From Candidatus Atelocyanobacterium thalassa isolate ALOHA (lineage in GTDB: Bacteria; Cyanobacteriota; Cyanobacteriia; Cyanobacteriales; Microcystaceae): a stretch of DNA of 32,000 nucleotides. Positions 19,199-29,720 of the stretch are shown here, in pieces. Position numbers and translations under genes: made by a program. How positions within the stretch are numbered: the first letter of the stretch is position 1; each line of letters opens with the position of its first letter. The DNA lies in assembly GCF_000025125.1 (NCBI RefSeq), contig NC_013771.1, positions 540,001-572,000 on the forward strand, written 5' to 3'. Under the pieces are notes generated by a model. That model saw nothing but the letters and a program-made list of their open reading frames with translations, was not told where the DNA came from and ran no database searches.

Positions 19199-20143
19199 TT
19201 ATATCAATATTGACCTCGCCTTCTTACAATCTTGTTCAATTTGATTTCTCAGAGCCTGCAAAGATGGAAATTTTGTTTCATAACGTAAAAATTTTTCTAG
19301 ATATACAGTTAGCTTTTTACCATATAGATTACCAGACCAATCCAATAGATGTACCTCTACTGTTAGACTACCGTCAATTGTTGGACGTTTCCCAACATTC
19401 ATTACCCCTTTGATGATATCTTTATTTTCAAATTCTACATAAACGCAATAAACTCCATTACAAGGTAATAGTTTATTGGTAGGTAGTTTTAGATTAGCAG
19501 TAGGAAATCCAATTGTTCTTCCGATTTGTTGTCCAGAGATAACAATACCACGTAAAAAATACGAATATCCTAGCATTTGATTAACTTCTGCAATACTTCC
19601 ATCTGCTAAATATTCACGAATCTTCGAACTGCTAATCCTTAAAGGATTTTTTTTGTCAGAAGTTAGAAAAGTTTCTAGTCTTATAGTATTTACTGATATT
19701 CCAAATCTTTCTGTAAAATCTCTTAATAACTCAACTGTCCCTGTTTTTTTATGTCCAAAATAAAAATTTTCTCCAACTGAGATATATCTTACGTTTAGTT
19801 TACCAACTAAAATATCTATAATAAATTCTAGAGGACTTAAAGAAGCTAAATCTTGATTAAATGGTAACCGAATTAACTGTTTAATATTAAGAGAGTTTAA
19901 TATTTGAACTTTTTCATCTATGGGTGTCAGTAGTTGACGAGTTTCCCCAGTAAAAAATTCTTGAGGGTGAGGTTCAAAAGTAACTACAGTAGGTACATAT
20001 TGCTTGGCAAATTTTAATATTGGTTTAAGGACTTGTCGATGCCCAAGATGAATTCCATCAAAGTTTCCTAAAGCAACTGCCGTTGGTGTCTTAGCATTAT
20101 CAATTGAAGATGGTATCCATACACCAAATTTACTGTATATCAT
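19199..20143 (-). CDS. ribF: Bifunctional riboflavin kinase / FAD synthetase
   Basis: N-terminal ALGNFDGIHLGHRQV, FEPHP, and the kinase-domain GFPTANL and VEVHLLDWSGNLYG motifs. 314 aa. Confidence 0.9.
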   Translation of the reverse strand: MIYSKFGVWIPSSIDNAKTPTAVALGNFDGIHLGHRQVLKPILKFAKQYVPTVVTFEPHPQEFFTGETRQLLTPIDEKVQILNSLNIKQLIRLPFNQDLASLSPLEFIIDILVGKLNVRYISVGENFYFGHKKTGTVELLRDFTERFGISVNTIRLETFLTSDKKNPLRISSSKIREYLADGSIAEVNQMLGYSYFLRGIVISGQQIGRTIGFPTANLKLPTNKLLPCNGVYCVYVEFENKDIIKGVMNVGKRPTIDGSLTVEVHLLDWSGNLYGKKLTVYLEKFLRYETKFPSLQALRNQIEQDCKKARSILI

Positions 20144-20744
20144 TTTGTATATATATGCTTCAGCAGTACTTTTAAACTAATATTTACAGCATCATACTCT
20201 AAATATACACTCAATTAATAATCTTTTTCCATAATCTAAATAATAAATATTAATTTATTAAAATTGGGGAAACTATGATTACTTAATTTAAATACTGTTT
20301 TACAAAGTATTTAAATTTCATGATTAGACAATAGTTAAGATATTACTTAAAATTGCAGGAAATAGTTATCCTATATAGTTATTAACTGTGATAACTATAA
20401 TCCTAATTAGTCATTAACTATTAAAAATCAAGTGTGGTATGAAATATTTATATAACAAAGCATCTTGAATTATTTTTATTACTTATATCCTGAATTTTAG
20501 ATAACTTTTTAATTTAAGACATATTAGAGATCTAAATTGCTTGTAATTTTTTTCACTTAAAATAAACAAATTTTAACTATATGAATAATTATTGTGATAA
20601 ATAATAAAATTCTTTGCTTTTATAAATTTAGAGTATATATTCGAATACATTGAACAATATATTTTGTTCCAAATAAATATCTAACTTAAAGGAAGTTTGA
20701 TAGTCTACTACATCTAATTATAATTCTCAAAAATTAACAATAGT

Positions 20745-21863
20745 ATGCGAATTGCTTTATTCACAGAAACTTTTTTACCTAAGATTGACGGCATTGTTAC
20801 ACGTTTGTGTCACACAATCGAAAATTTACAGCGTTCTGGTGATCAAGTCATACTATTTTCTCCTAATGGAGGAATAGAAGAATATAAGGGAGCAGAAATT
20901 TATGGAGTTAACGGTATTCCATTACCTCTTTATCCTGAATTAAAATTAGCTATTCCTACTCCTATTGTTTTTAAAAAATTAGAAATATTTAAACCAGATT
21001 TAATACATGTAGTTAATCCTGCTTTTCTTGGGCTAGGAGGTATATACTTTGCTAAATCTAAAAACATTCCATTAATTGCTTCATACCATACTCACTTACC
21101 TCAATACCTAAAACATTATGGCTTAGGTTCATTAGAAGGACTATTGTGGAAACTATTAAAATTAGCTCATAACCAAGCGCAGCTAAATTTATGTACCTCA
21201 ACTGCTATGGTCAAAGAACTCGAAAATAATGGTATTGAGAGAGTTAATCTATGGCAAAGAGGTGTGGACACAGAAATGTTTCGACCTAGTTTAGCATCTC
21301 AGCAAATGCGTTCATATCTATCAGAAGGAAATCCTGATGATTCTTTATTGCTATATGTTGGAAGAGTTTCATCTGAAAAACAAATTGATAAAATAAAATC
21401 TGTTTTAGAAGCAATTCCGAATACTCGTTTGGCAATTGTTGGCAATGGTCCTCATAGAGAAGCATTAAAAGCACATTTTTCTGGTACTAAAACTAATTTT
21501 GTTGGCTACCTTCAAGGGTTAGAGCTTGCATCTGCTTTTGCTTCTGCAGATGCTTTTATTTTTCCTTCTCGAACTGAGACACTAGGATTAGTTCTATTGG
21601 AATCTATGGCTGCAGGATGTCCTGTGATAGCAGCTAATTCCGGAGGAATTCCCGATATTGTAACTGATAAAGTTAATGGTTATTTATTTGATCCTGACGA
21701 TCCGAATGGAGCAATTATAGCGACTAAGCATCTTCTGGAGAATACAGCTGAAAAAGAACAATTACAAAAAAATGCTCGAAAAGAGGCAGAACGATGGGGA
21801 TGGCCGATGGCTACCAACCAGTTAAGAAATTACTATAAAAGTGTCATTAATCAAAAATCATGA
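20745..21863 (+). CDS. sqdX: GT4 glycosyltransferase, most likely sulfoquinovosyl-diacylglycerol synthase SqdX
   Basis: The N-terminus MRIALFTETFLPKIDGIVTRL matches my recollection of cyanobacterial SqdX. The C-terminal GT4 motif is FPSRTETLGLVLLESMAAGCPVIAANSGGIPDIV. No sqdB is adjacent in this window. Confidence 0.75.
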   Translation: MRIALFTETFLPKIDGIVTRLCHTIENLQRSGDQVILFSPNGGIEEYKGAEIYGVNGIPLPLYPELKLAIPTPIVFKKLEIFKPDLIHVVNPAFLGLGGIYFAKSKNIPLIASYHTHLPQYLKHYGLGSLEGLLWKLLKLAHNQAQLNLCTSTAMVKELENNGIERVNLWQRGVDTEMFRPSLASQQMRSYLSEGNPDDSLLLYVGRVSSEKQIDKIKSVLEAIPNTRLAIVGNGPHREALKAHFSGTKTNFVGYLQGLELASAFASADAFIFPSRTETLGLVLLESMAAGCPVIAANSGGIPDIVTDKVNGYLFDPDDPNGAIIATKHLLENTAEKEQLQKNARKEAERWGWPMATNQLRNYYKSVINQKS

Positions 21864-22078
21864 GATTTTTATTGTTACAGTTTTAAAAAACTTTATTTTT
21901 TGTATGTTAAAAAGTTCCGAACTTTGTACTATTGCTTATAACTAATATACATAATACTAATTAATAAATTCTGATTGTGTGTATTTTTAAGATTTAAGAA
22001 TTCTTTTTGCTTTCACATAGAGTATATTTTAAATATAAACATTTTTTTACTAGCTCAGGAACCCAAACTTTATAGATA

Positions 22079-22564
22079 ATGGTAGATATTAGAATTGGCA
22101 ATGGGTATGATATTCATCGTCTTGTATTAGGGAGACCTTTGATTTTAGGAGGTATTCATATTCCTCATAGACTTGGTTTGCTAGGTCATAGTGATGCAGA
22201 TGTATTAACTCACTCTATTATGGATGCAATGTTAGGAGCATTAAGTTTAGGAGATATCGGTCATTACTTTCCACCTTCTGATTCTCAGTGGGCAAACGCT
22301 AATAGCTTGACATTATTAAAACAAGTAAACCAGTTAATCAGATCAGAAGGATGGTATCTTGGAAATATAGATTCAACAATTATTGCTGAAGAGCCTAAAA
22401 TAAAACCTCATATTCAGCTGATTAAAGAAAAACTTTCTCAAGTTCTCAATATTTGCCAAAATCAAGTTTCTATTAAAGCGACTACTAACGAAAGGCTAGG
22501 ACCAGTAGGAAGAGAGAAAGGAATATCTTCTTATGCAGTTATTTTGCTGTTTAAAAGTCTATAA
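22079..22564 (+). CDS. ispF: 2-C-methyl-D-erythritol 2,4-cyclodiphosphate synthase
   Basis: [25 protein letters not shown] and [16 protein letters not shown] motifs. 161 aa. Confidence 0.93.
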   Translation: MVDIRIGNGYDIHRLVLGRPLILGGIHIPHRLGLLGHSDADVLTHSIMDAMLGALSLGDIGHYFPPSDSQWANANSLTLLKQVNQLIRSEGWYLGNIDSTIIAEEPKIKPHIQLIKEKLSQVLNICQNQVSIKATTNERLGPVGREKGISSYAVILLFKSL

Positions 22565-22651
22565 AATTAATTATTAAAAAATAATAACAAATGAAACTTG
22601 ATATCTATTCTTTGGAATTGTTATCATATCAAGAGATTTATTGAGCTGTTA

Positions 22652-25279
22652 ATGCAACCAACTAATTCTGCAAAATTCACCGAACAAGCTTGGGATGCTA
22701 TCGTAAAATCGCAAGAAGTAGCCCGACGTTTCCAAAATCAAAATCTAGAAGTAGAGCATTTGATACTTTCACTTCTCGAGCAAGAGAAAGAGTTAACATC
22801 GCGAATACTAGAACAATTAAAAATAAATATAACCGAACTTACCCAATATGTAGAGACCTTCACAGATCAACAACCTAAGTTAATTATTCTTGATCAACTA
22901 TATCTAGGAAGAAATTTAGATTTTTTATTAGATAAAGCTAATGTTTTATGTATAGAGTGGAATGATAAATATATCGCAGTTGAACATCTTTGGATTAGCT
23001 TCACTGAAGATAAAAGACTGGGACAACATTTTTTAAAAAACTTTCAGGTAGGCCGACAAGATATAGAGAAAGCAGTCAAAATAGTGAAAGAAAATCAAAA
23101 AACTACTCAAAATGATAAAGAAAAATCTTATGAAGCCTTGGAAAAGTTTGGGCGTAATCTTACTGATCAAGCTAAACAAGGCAAATTAGATCCGGTTATT
23201 GGAAGAGATGAAGAGATACGTCGTCTTATCCAAATTTTATCTCGCCGTTCTAAAAATAATCCTGTTTTAATTGGAGAGCCTGGCGTTGGCAAGACAGCTA
23301 TAGCTGAAGGATTAGCACAGCGTATTATCAATGGCGATGTTCCCGACTCTCTTAAAAATCGTCAATTAATATCTTTAGACATGGGAAGCTTAGTTGCTGG
23401 TGCAAAGTACAGAGGAGAGTTTGAAGAACGTTTACGTAAAATCATGAAAGAAGTTACAAATTCTAATGGACAAGTTGTACTTTTTATTGATGAGGTTCAC
23501 ACTGTTGTAGGAGCTGGATCGAAAGAAGGAAGTTCTATGGATGCAGGTAATATCTTAAAGCCTATGTTAGCAAGAGGAGAACTTCGTTGTATTGGTGCAA
23601 GTACACTAGATGAATATCGTAGGCATATAGAGAAAGATCCAGCATTAGAAAGAAGATTTCAGCAAGTGTATGTGAATCAACCTAGTGTAGAAGATACTAT
23701 TTCTATTCTGCGAGGTCTTAAAGAACGTTATGAAGTTCATCATGGAGTTAAAATTACAGATGCTGCTCTAGTGGCCGCATCCAAGCTTTCTGATAGATAT
23801 ATAACTGGTAGATTTTTACCTGACAAAGCAATCGATCTTGTCGATGAGGCTGCAGCAAAATTAAAAATGGAGATTACATCTAAACCAGTAGAGTTAGAAG
23901 ATATTGATCGTCGTTTAATGCAATTGCAAATGGAAAAACTTTCTTTACAAAGTGAAGAAAAGAGAGTCACCTTAAAAGCTGATTCAGCTTCTCAAAAAAG
24001 CTTGGAAAGAATCGAAAAAGAGATTAAAGATTTAGAAAATATTCATAAGAAACTAGATGATCAGTGGAGATCGGAGAAACAAATGCTTGGAGAAATTAAT
24101 ACTTTGAAAGAAGAAGAAGAGCAATTAAGAGTTCAAGTAGAACAGGCTGAACGAGCATATGATTTAAATAAAGCAGCTCAATTAAAATATGGCAAGCTTG
24201 AAAGTTTACAAAACGATTTAAAAGAAAAAGAAACAAATTTAATTAACGTTCAATCTCAAAGTGAAACTCTTTTTCGAGAGCAAGTAACTGAGTCTGATAT
24301 AGCAGAAATAGTAGCTGGCTGGTCTGGTATTCCAACTAATCGTTTGTTAGGGTCGGAAAGAAAAAAGCTGCTTGAGTTAGAAGGCTATTTACATAAACAG
24401 GTTATTGGTCAAGAAGAGGCAGTTACAGCTGTTGCTGCAGCGATTCGTAGAGCTAGAGCTGGAATCAAGGATCCTTCTCGCCCTATTGGTTCTTTTCTTT
24501 TTATGGGACCTACTGGAGTAGGAAAAACTGAATTAGCTCGTGCAATTGCTGCATTTCTTTTTGATTCCCAGGATGCGATGATTCGTATTGATATGTCAGA
24601 ATATATGGAAAAACATACCGTTTCCAAGTTGATTGGTGCCCCTCCTGGTTATATAGGTTACGACCAAGGTGGTCAGCTTTCAGAGGCAGTGCGCCGTCGA
24701 CCTTATTCAGTTATTTTATTAGATGAAATTGAAAAAGCTCATGTTGACGTTTTTAATATTCTTTTACAAATTCTTGATGATGGACGTGTTACTGACTCTC
24801 AAGGTCATATAATTGATTTTTGCAACACTATTATTATTATGACTAGTAATATTGGAAGTGAATTTATTCTTAACATAGTAGAAAATAACAATAATTATGA
24901 AGTAATGAAAAAAGAAGTTTTGATGTCATTAAGCAAACACTTTAGGCCAGAATTTTTAAATCGTATTGATGATTTGATAATATTTCATACTCTAAAAAAA
25001 GAGCATTTAAGACATATCGTTACACTGCAAATTAAACGTATAGAGCGATTACTAGAAGAACAAAATATTTGTTTACAATTAAGCGATTCAGCTCTTGACT
25101 ATATTGTAGATATTGGATACGATCCAGTGTACGGAGTAAGACCTTTAAAAAGAGCAATTCAAAGAGAGTTAGAAAATCCAGTAGCCACAAAAATCTTAGA
25201 TATGACTTTTACTTCCGGTGATATTGTATTAGTTGATCTAGAGATTGATAAACTATCTTTTCGCAAAACTATAAATTAA
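22652..25279 (+). CDS. clpB: ATP-dependent chaperone ClpB
   Basis: Two AAA+ modules with Walker A motifs GEPGVGKTA and GPTGVGKTE, and a long coiled-coil M-domain between them. The N-terminus [17 protein letters not shown] is the usual cyanobacterial ClpB start. The ORF is open from TTG 22598, but the 18 extra residues look non-homologous. Confidence 0.93.
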   Translation: MQPTNSAKFTEQAWDAIVKSQEVARRFQNQNLEVEHLILSLLEQEKELTSRILEQLKINITELTQYVETFTDQQPKLIILDQLYLGRNLDFLLDKANVLCIEWNDKYIAVEHLWISFTEDKRLGQHFLKNFQVGRQDIEKAVKIVKENQKTTQNDKEKSYEALEKFGRNLTDQAKQGKLDPVIGRDEEIRRLIQILSRRSKNNPVLIGEPGVGKTAIAEGLAQRIINGDVPDSLKNRQLISLDMGSLVAGAKYRGEFEERLRKIMKEVTNSNGQVVLFIDEVHTVVGAGSKEGSSMDAGNILKPMLARGELRCIGASTLDEYRRHIEKDPALERRFQQVYVNQPSVEDTISILRGLKERYEVHHGVKITDAALVAASKLSDRYITGRFLPDKAIDLVDEAAAKLKMEITSKPVELEDIDRRLMQLQMEKLSLQSEEKRVTLKADSASQKSLERIEKEIKDLENIHKKLDDQWRSEKQMLGEINTLKEEEEQLRVQVEQAERAYDLNKAAQLKYGKLESLQNDLKEKETNLINVQSQSETLFREQVTESDIAEIVAGWSGIPTNRLLGSERKKLLELEGYLHKQVIGQEEAVTAVAAAIRRARAGIKDPSRPIGSFLFMGPTGVGKTELARAIAAFLFDSQDAMIRIDMSEYMEKHTVSKLIGAPPGYIGYDQGGQLSEAVRRRPYSVILLDEIEKAHVDVFNILLQILDDGRVTDSQGHIIDFCNTIIIMTSNIGSEFILNIVENNNNYEVMKKEVLMSLSKHFRPEFLNRIDDLIIFHTLKKEHLRHIVTLQIKRIERLLEEQNICLQLSDSALDYIVDIGYDPVYGVRPLKRAIQRELENPVATKILDMTFTSGDIVLVDLEIDKLSFRKTIN

Positions 25280-25363
25280 TAGTTGCAAAATTTATTAACT
25301 ATATTGACCGCTTCTACTTCTAAGTTTATAAATAAAAATATGTGAAAGAATTGCTTATTCACT

Positions 25364-25720
25364 ATGACTAACGAGAAAAAAAAATATTCTAGTGAGCTTA
25401 TGCGTACTCCTCCTTGGGGAACTGTAACTATTTTAGAAAAAAGTATTCATTATTGTATTAACCGTATTGAGGTTAAGCCTGGTCAACACATTAGTACTCA
25501 AATGCATTATCATAGGAGCGAGCACTGGATTGTAGTGTCTGGTACAGCTAAAGTCATTTTTAACGGGGAAGAACATCTTTTAAAACAAAAAGAATCAACT
25601 TACGTTCCTATGAATACTAGACATCGTATAGAAAATCCAGGGATTATTCCCCTAGTAATGATTGAGGTACAAAACGGGGAATATTTAGGTGATGATGATA
25701 TTCTTCGTTTTGCAGAGTAA
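25364..25720 (+). CDS. Stand-alone cupin protein resembling the C-terminal domain of type II phosphomannose isomerase
   Basis: PWGTVTILEK...RIEVKPGQHISTQMHYHRSEHWIVVSGTAKV...YVPMNTRHRIENPG fits the cupin_2 / ManC C-terminal motif. Only 118 aa, with no nucleotidyltransferase domain. Confidence 0.65.
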   Translation: MTNEKKKYSSELMRTPPWGTVTILEKSIHYCINRIEVKPGQHISTQMHYHRSEHWIVVSGTAKVIFNGEEHLLKQKESTYVPMNTRHRIENPGIIPLVMIEVQNGEYLGDDDILRFAE

Positions 25721-26001
25721 CAAAAACTAAAATCTATATCTAAAGCAACCACCAATTTTTTATATTAATTTTATTTAAAATAAATAATACAATTATACAA
25801 ACTATTTAGTTTTCTATTTTTTAAACTTAAGTATTTTAGTGATTCTCTGTTTTCTGCATGCTTTAGTATTAAGATATTCCATATTGAAACGATTTATAGG
25901 CAGCTATCTATTTATCTTATATTAATAAAATAGTTTTATTATGCAGGTTATTCGCTGTATATTACCTTCCTGATTATTTGGAAATAAGACTTAACATCAT
26001 A

Positions 26002-27717
26002 ATGAAAAAATTATCTCTACTTAATTTTCGGTTACTTATAGTTTGGACAATTATTACTTCAGCAATGCTTGGATTAGCTGGAAAAATTTTCTTGTTACAA
26101 TTTCTCAAAACTGCTGAATTTAAAAAAAAAGCAAATGTTCAGCAAAATGAAGAAATACGTATTGATAATCCTAGACGATCGATTATAGACAATGAAGGTA
26201 ATATATTAGCTATGGACACGGTGAAATATGATTTATTTATTTATCGTGATAGATTACCAAAAGATGAAGATAAAGAAAAAATAGCAAAACAACTTAGTGA
26301 AATATTGAATAAGAATTATGATGACTTAACCAAGTTATTATTAGACAAAAAAAACGTAAATAGGGTTGGCTTAGACAAGATAACCACACATGAATATCAG
26401 AGAATTCTCAATAATACTACAAAAAAATATAGACGAGCTTTTGAATTTATCAAAAATTTTGATCGTTCTTATCCCCAAAAAGAACTGATGTCTGATGTAG
26501 TAGGGTTTGTTAACGATAATCAACAAGGTAAAGCAGGTATCGAGATGAGCCAAAATAACTTACTACATAGACAGACTAAATATATAACAGTACGGAAAAC
26601 TGGCTCAGGAGGTATTATCCCCACCTCTCTCCCTACAAACTTCTTTAGATCAAATGATTGGAAATTACAATTAACGGTTAATATGCGTCTGCAAAGAGCT
26701 GCACGTTTTGCTCTTAAAGAAAAGTTGAATATTTTTAAAGCAAAACGCGGTGCAATAATTATTATGAATGTAATGGATGGTTCAATATTAGCTTTGGTGT
26801 GTGAACCAACATTTGATCCTAATGTTTTTTATAATGCTAAAAGTGAATTACTAAAAAATTGGGCAGTTACAGATCTTTATGAGCCGGGTTCAACATTTAA
26901 ACCAATTAATATCGCTTTAGCTTTGGAAGCTGGGGTAATAGAATCTAATACTCTCATTCAAGATGTAGGTTTTATAAAAGTTGATAATTGGAATATTCAT
27001 AATGCTTCATTGGCCGGTAATGGATTGATTAACATTGCTGAAGTTTTGCAAACTTCAAGCAATGTAGCTATGGTTCAAATAATGCAACGTCTAAAAAAAG
27101 AAGATTATTATAGTAGATTACTAAAATTAGATATTACTCAGAAAACAAATATTGATATACCTGGAGAGGTAAGGGGACAGTTAAAAAATAAAGAAGTGTT
27201 CACAAAAGGTTCTATTGAAGCAGCTGCCACTTCTTTTGGCCAAGGTTTTTCTTTAACACCTATTAAATTAGCACAATTACATGCGGCTCTAGCTAATGGA
27301 GGAAAGTTGGTTACTCCTCATTTAACAAAAGGGTTAGTCAATCTTGAAGGATCTTTAGCTTGGACACCGGAGTACAAAATTAAGCAAATTTTTTCTCCTT
27401 CCGTAAGTAAGAAAGTTATGGAGCTTATGGAAACTGTTGTTAACAAGGGATCGGGAAAAGCATCAAAAATACAAGGGTATCGTATTGGGGGCAAGACAGG
27501 TACAGCTCAAAAAGCTGGTAAAGGAGGATATTTACCTGATTCAAAAATTACTAGCTTTGTATCGATTTTACCAATAACATCTCCAAAATATTTAGTTTTA
27601 GTTGTTTTAGATGAACCAAAAGGGAATAATACATCTGGCTCAACAGTCGCAGCACCTGCTGCAAAAGTAGTAACCGATGCTTTAATATACATAGAAGGAT
27701 TACCACCAGCAAAATAA
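26002..27717 (+). CDS. Class B penicillin-binding protein (FtsI/PBP2-type peptidoglycan transpeptidase)
   Basis: N-terminal TM anchor, a PBP-dimer-like domain, and the transpeptidase motifs STFKP (SxxK), SSN (SxN) and KTGT. ATG at 26002 (MKKLSLLNF...) is preferred over TTG at 25978. Confidence 0.85.
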   Translation: MKKLSLLNFRLLIVWTIITSAMLGLAGKIFLLQFLKTAEFKKKANVQQNEEIRIDNPRRSIIDNEGNILAMDTVKYDLFIYRDRLPKDEDKEKIAKQLSEILNKNYDDLTKLLLDKKNVNRVGLDKITTHEYQRILNNTTKKYRRAFEFIKNFDRSYPQKELMSDVVGFVNDNQQGKAGIEMSQNNLLHRQTKYITVRKTGSGGIIPTSLPTNFFRSNDWKLQLTVNMRLQRAARFALKEKLNIFKAKRGAIIIMNVMDGSILALVCEPTFDPNVFYNAKSELLKNWAVTDLYEPGSTFKPINIALALEAGVIESNTLIQDVGFIKVDNWNIHNASLAGNGLINIAEVLQTSSNVAMVQIMQRLKKEDYYSRLLKLDITQKTNIDIPGEVRGQLKNKEVFTKGSIEAAATSFGQGFSLTPIKLAQLHAALANGGKLVTPHLTKGLVNLEGSLAWTPEYKIKQIFSPSVSKKVMELMETVVNKGSGKASKIQGYRIGGKTGTAQKAGKGGYLPDSKITSFVSILPITSPKYLVLVVLDEPKGNNTSGSTVAAPAAKVVTDALIYIEGLPPAK

Positions 27718-27796
27718 AAGCTTAAAAGCCACTATTTGCATTTTTCAAATATATGAAATAGAGTTACTAAAATTTAGTGATTAAACTTAAAAATCT

Positions 27797-27867
27797 AATA
27801 TTTAATTTATGGCTTATATTCAAAATTTATATAGAAAATTTTGAATATAAGCCATAAATTAAATATT
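27797..27867 (-). terminator. Perfect 32-bp hairpin starting at the last base of the ndhD stop codon
   Basis: aatatttaatttatggcttatattcaaaattt (27797-27828) is the exact reverse complement of 27836-27867, with a 7-nt loop atataga. On the minus-strand RNA it is followed by AGAUUUUUAAGUUU. It lies between convergent PBP and ndhD. Confidence 0.5.
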
Positions 27868-29444
27868 TACATATCTGGTGCTTTAAAGATTCCATTGTGA
27901 ATAGCAGCAACATTAGTTTTTTCAACTAATGCTGGAGCAGAATTACGCAATAAAGTATTCAACTGATCAGTCGTAGCACTATACATCTGAGTAACAATTT
28001 TAGGATATAAACCAATACTGATTATGGGAATTAATAAACATCCGATAATAAATACTTCTCTTGGCTCTGCATCAATAAGCTTTGCATGAGATACTAAATC
28101 TTTATTTTCTGGTCCATATAGCATTTCTTTGAGCATAGAAAGTAAATATATAGGGGTTAAAATAACTCCTACAGCTGCAAAAATAATAACAACCATTTTA
28201 AAAATAGAATTATAAGCATCACTAGTTGCAAATCCGATAAATATCATCAATTCTGCCGCAAAACCGCTCATTCCAGGTAAAGCTAAAGAAGCCATTGAGC
28301 AAGTGGTCCACATTGCAAATATCTTCTTCATTTTGCCACCAATTCCGCCCATTTCATCAAGCATGAGAGTGTGAGTTCTATCATAGGTAGCGCCAACCAT
28401 AAAAAATAAACCTGCGCCGATCAATCCATGAGAAATCATTTGTAACATTGCTCCGTTAAGACCTATAGATGTATATGAAGCAATACCTATTAAAACGAAA
28501 CCCATATGAGAGATAGAAGAATAAGCAATTTTTCTTTTTAAATTTTGTTGAGCGAAAGCAGTTAATGCTGCATAAATAATATTAACAACTCCTAAAATAA
28601 TTAATATAGGAGCAAAATAAACATGTGCATCAGGTAACATTCCTACATTCATTCTTAGAAGAGCGTATCCTCCCATTTTCAATAGAATGCCTGCCAGTAA
28701 CATATGGGCGGGAGCAGTTGCTTCTCCATGAGCATCAGGAAGCCAAGTATGAAGAGGAAAAATTGGTAATTTAACGCCGTATGCGATTAGAAAACAACCA
28801 TAAAGTAATAACTGTAACTTAAGAGGAATATCTTTAGATGCAATTATACTCATATCAAAAGTTATTGTGTCACCGAAGAAAGCTAAAGTAAAAGCAGCTA
28901 AAAGAATAAATAGCGATCCTCCTGCAGTGTATATAATAAATTTAGTCGCAGCATAAAGACGTTTTTTCCCTCCCCATATAGAAAGAATTAAGTAAACAGG
29001 TACTAGTTCTAGTTCCCAGACTAAGAAAAAAAGTAACATATCTTGTACGGCGAAAACTGCAATTTGTCCACCATACATAAGAAGCATTAAAAAATAAAAA
29101 AGCTTAGGCTTAAAAGTTACTGGCCATGCAGCCATAATTGCTAATGTTGTTATAAAACCTGTCATTAATATTAAAGGCATGGAAAGTCCATCAGTGCCAA
29201 CAGACCATCTTAGGTCTATTTGAGAAATCCAACTATAACTTTCAACTAATTGAAGATTAGGATTGTTGAAGTCATATCCCATATAAAAAGCGTAAACAAT
29301 AAAAATAAAATCAATTAGTCCTACTGTTAGTGCATACCAACGTACAGTTTTACCGTTTTCGTCGGGAATAAATGGTATTAATAAAGCACTAATAATCGGA
29401 AAAAGAATAATGGTAGTTAACCATGGAAAATTAACAAGGTTCAT
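27867..29444 (-). CDS. ndhD: NAD(P)H-quinone oxidoreductase (NDH-1) subunit 4, NdhD (NdhD1/D2 type)
   Basis: N-terminus [12 protein letters not shown]..., [39 protein letters not shown], and [19 protein letters not shown]. Polytopic, 525 aa. Confidence 0.9.
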   Translation of the reverse strand: MNLVNFPWLTTIILFPIISALLIPFIPDENGKTVRWYALTVGLIDFIFIVYAFYMGYDFNNPNLQLVESYSWISQIDLRWSVGTDGLSMPLILMTGFITTLAIMAAWPVTFKPKLFYFLMLLMYGGQIAVFAVQDMLLFFLVWELELVPVYLILSIWGGKKRLYAATKFIIYTAGGSLFILLAAFTLAFFGDTITFDMSIIASKDIPLKLQLLLYGCFLIAYGVKLPIFPLHTWLPDAHGEATAPAHMLLAGILLKMGGYALLRMNVGMLPDAHVYFAPILIILGVVNIIYAALTAFAQQNLKRKIAYSSISHMGFVLIGIASYTSIGLNGAMLQMISHGLIGAGLFFMVGATYDRTHTLMLDEMGGIGGKMKKIFAMWTTCSMASLALPGMSGFAAELMIFIGFATSDAYNSIFKMVVIIFAAVGVILTPIYLLSMLKEMLYGPENKDLVSHAKLIDAEPREVFIIGCLLIPIISIGLYPKIVTQMYSATTDQLNTLLRNSAPALVEKTNVAAIHNGIFKAPDM

Positions 29445-29720
29445 ATGTATTTTCTAAGCATTTATTAATATTTTGGTAATTCACAGAAACAAAAAAGCAT
29501 TTGTCTATTTGCAAATGTGTCAATACCCTTTAGTGTATGATCATGGTAGTTTTAGTACTGTGCTAAACACTGTGATATAAAGACTGCCATATCACTAATA
29601 AATTTAACAATATTTTTCGATAGGCGCTATAAATGTTATTTTAAAAGTTTTAAATTGATTAAAATTATAATTATCTTCAATATAACTTCAACTAATTTAA
29701 ATAAATGTTATTAGTTAATT

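Noticed and set aside
19210-19413. 67-aa ORF on the + strand
   Set aside because: Antisense inside ribF.
21286-21474. 62-aa ORF on the - strand
   Set aside because: Antisense inside sqdX.
22598-22651. TTG-initiated 18-codon N-terminal extension of clpB given by the ORF track
   Set aside because: The extension (MISILWNCYHIKRFIELL) has no counterpart in ClpB proteins. The ATG at 22652 gives the canonical MQPTN..FTE.AW N-terminus.
22690-22878. 62-aa ORF on the + strand in an alternative frame
   Set aside because: It is nested in the clpB N-domain in another frame. The product is Arg/Ser-rich and unlike the rest of this proteome.
23740-23970. 76-aa ORF on the - strand
   Set aside because: Antisense inside clpB.
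24409-24627. 72-aa ORF on the - strand
   Set aside because: Antisense inside clpB (opposite the second Walker A region).
25978-26001. TTG-initiated 8-codon extension of the PBP gene
   Set aside because: ATG at 26002 directly precedes the basic-hydrophobic membrane anchor. Neither start has a clear SD, so this is a preference rather than a proof.
26371-26553. 60-aa ORF on the - strand
   Set aside because: Antisense inside the class B PBP gene.
27507-27692. 61-aa ORF on the - strand
   Set aside because: Antisense inside the class B PBP gene.
29546-29558. NtcA-like site GTAgttttagTAC upstream of ndhD
   Set aside because: The spacer is 7 nt, whereas the NtcA consensus is GTA-N8-TAC. No properly spaced -10 box was identified.
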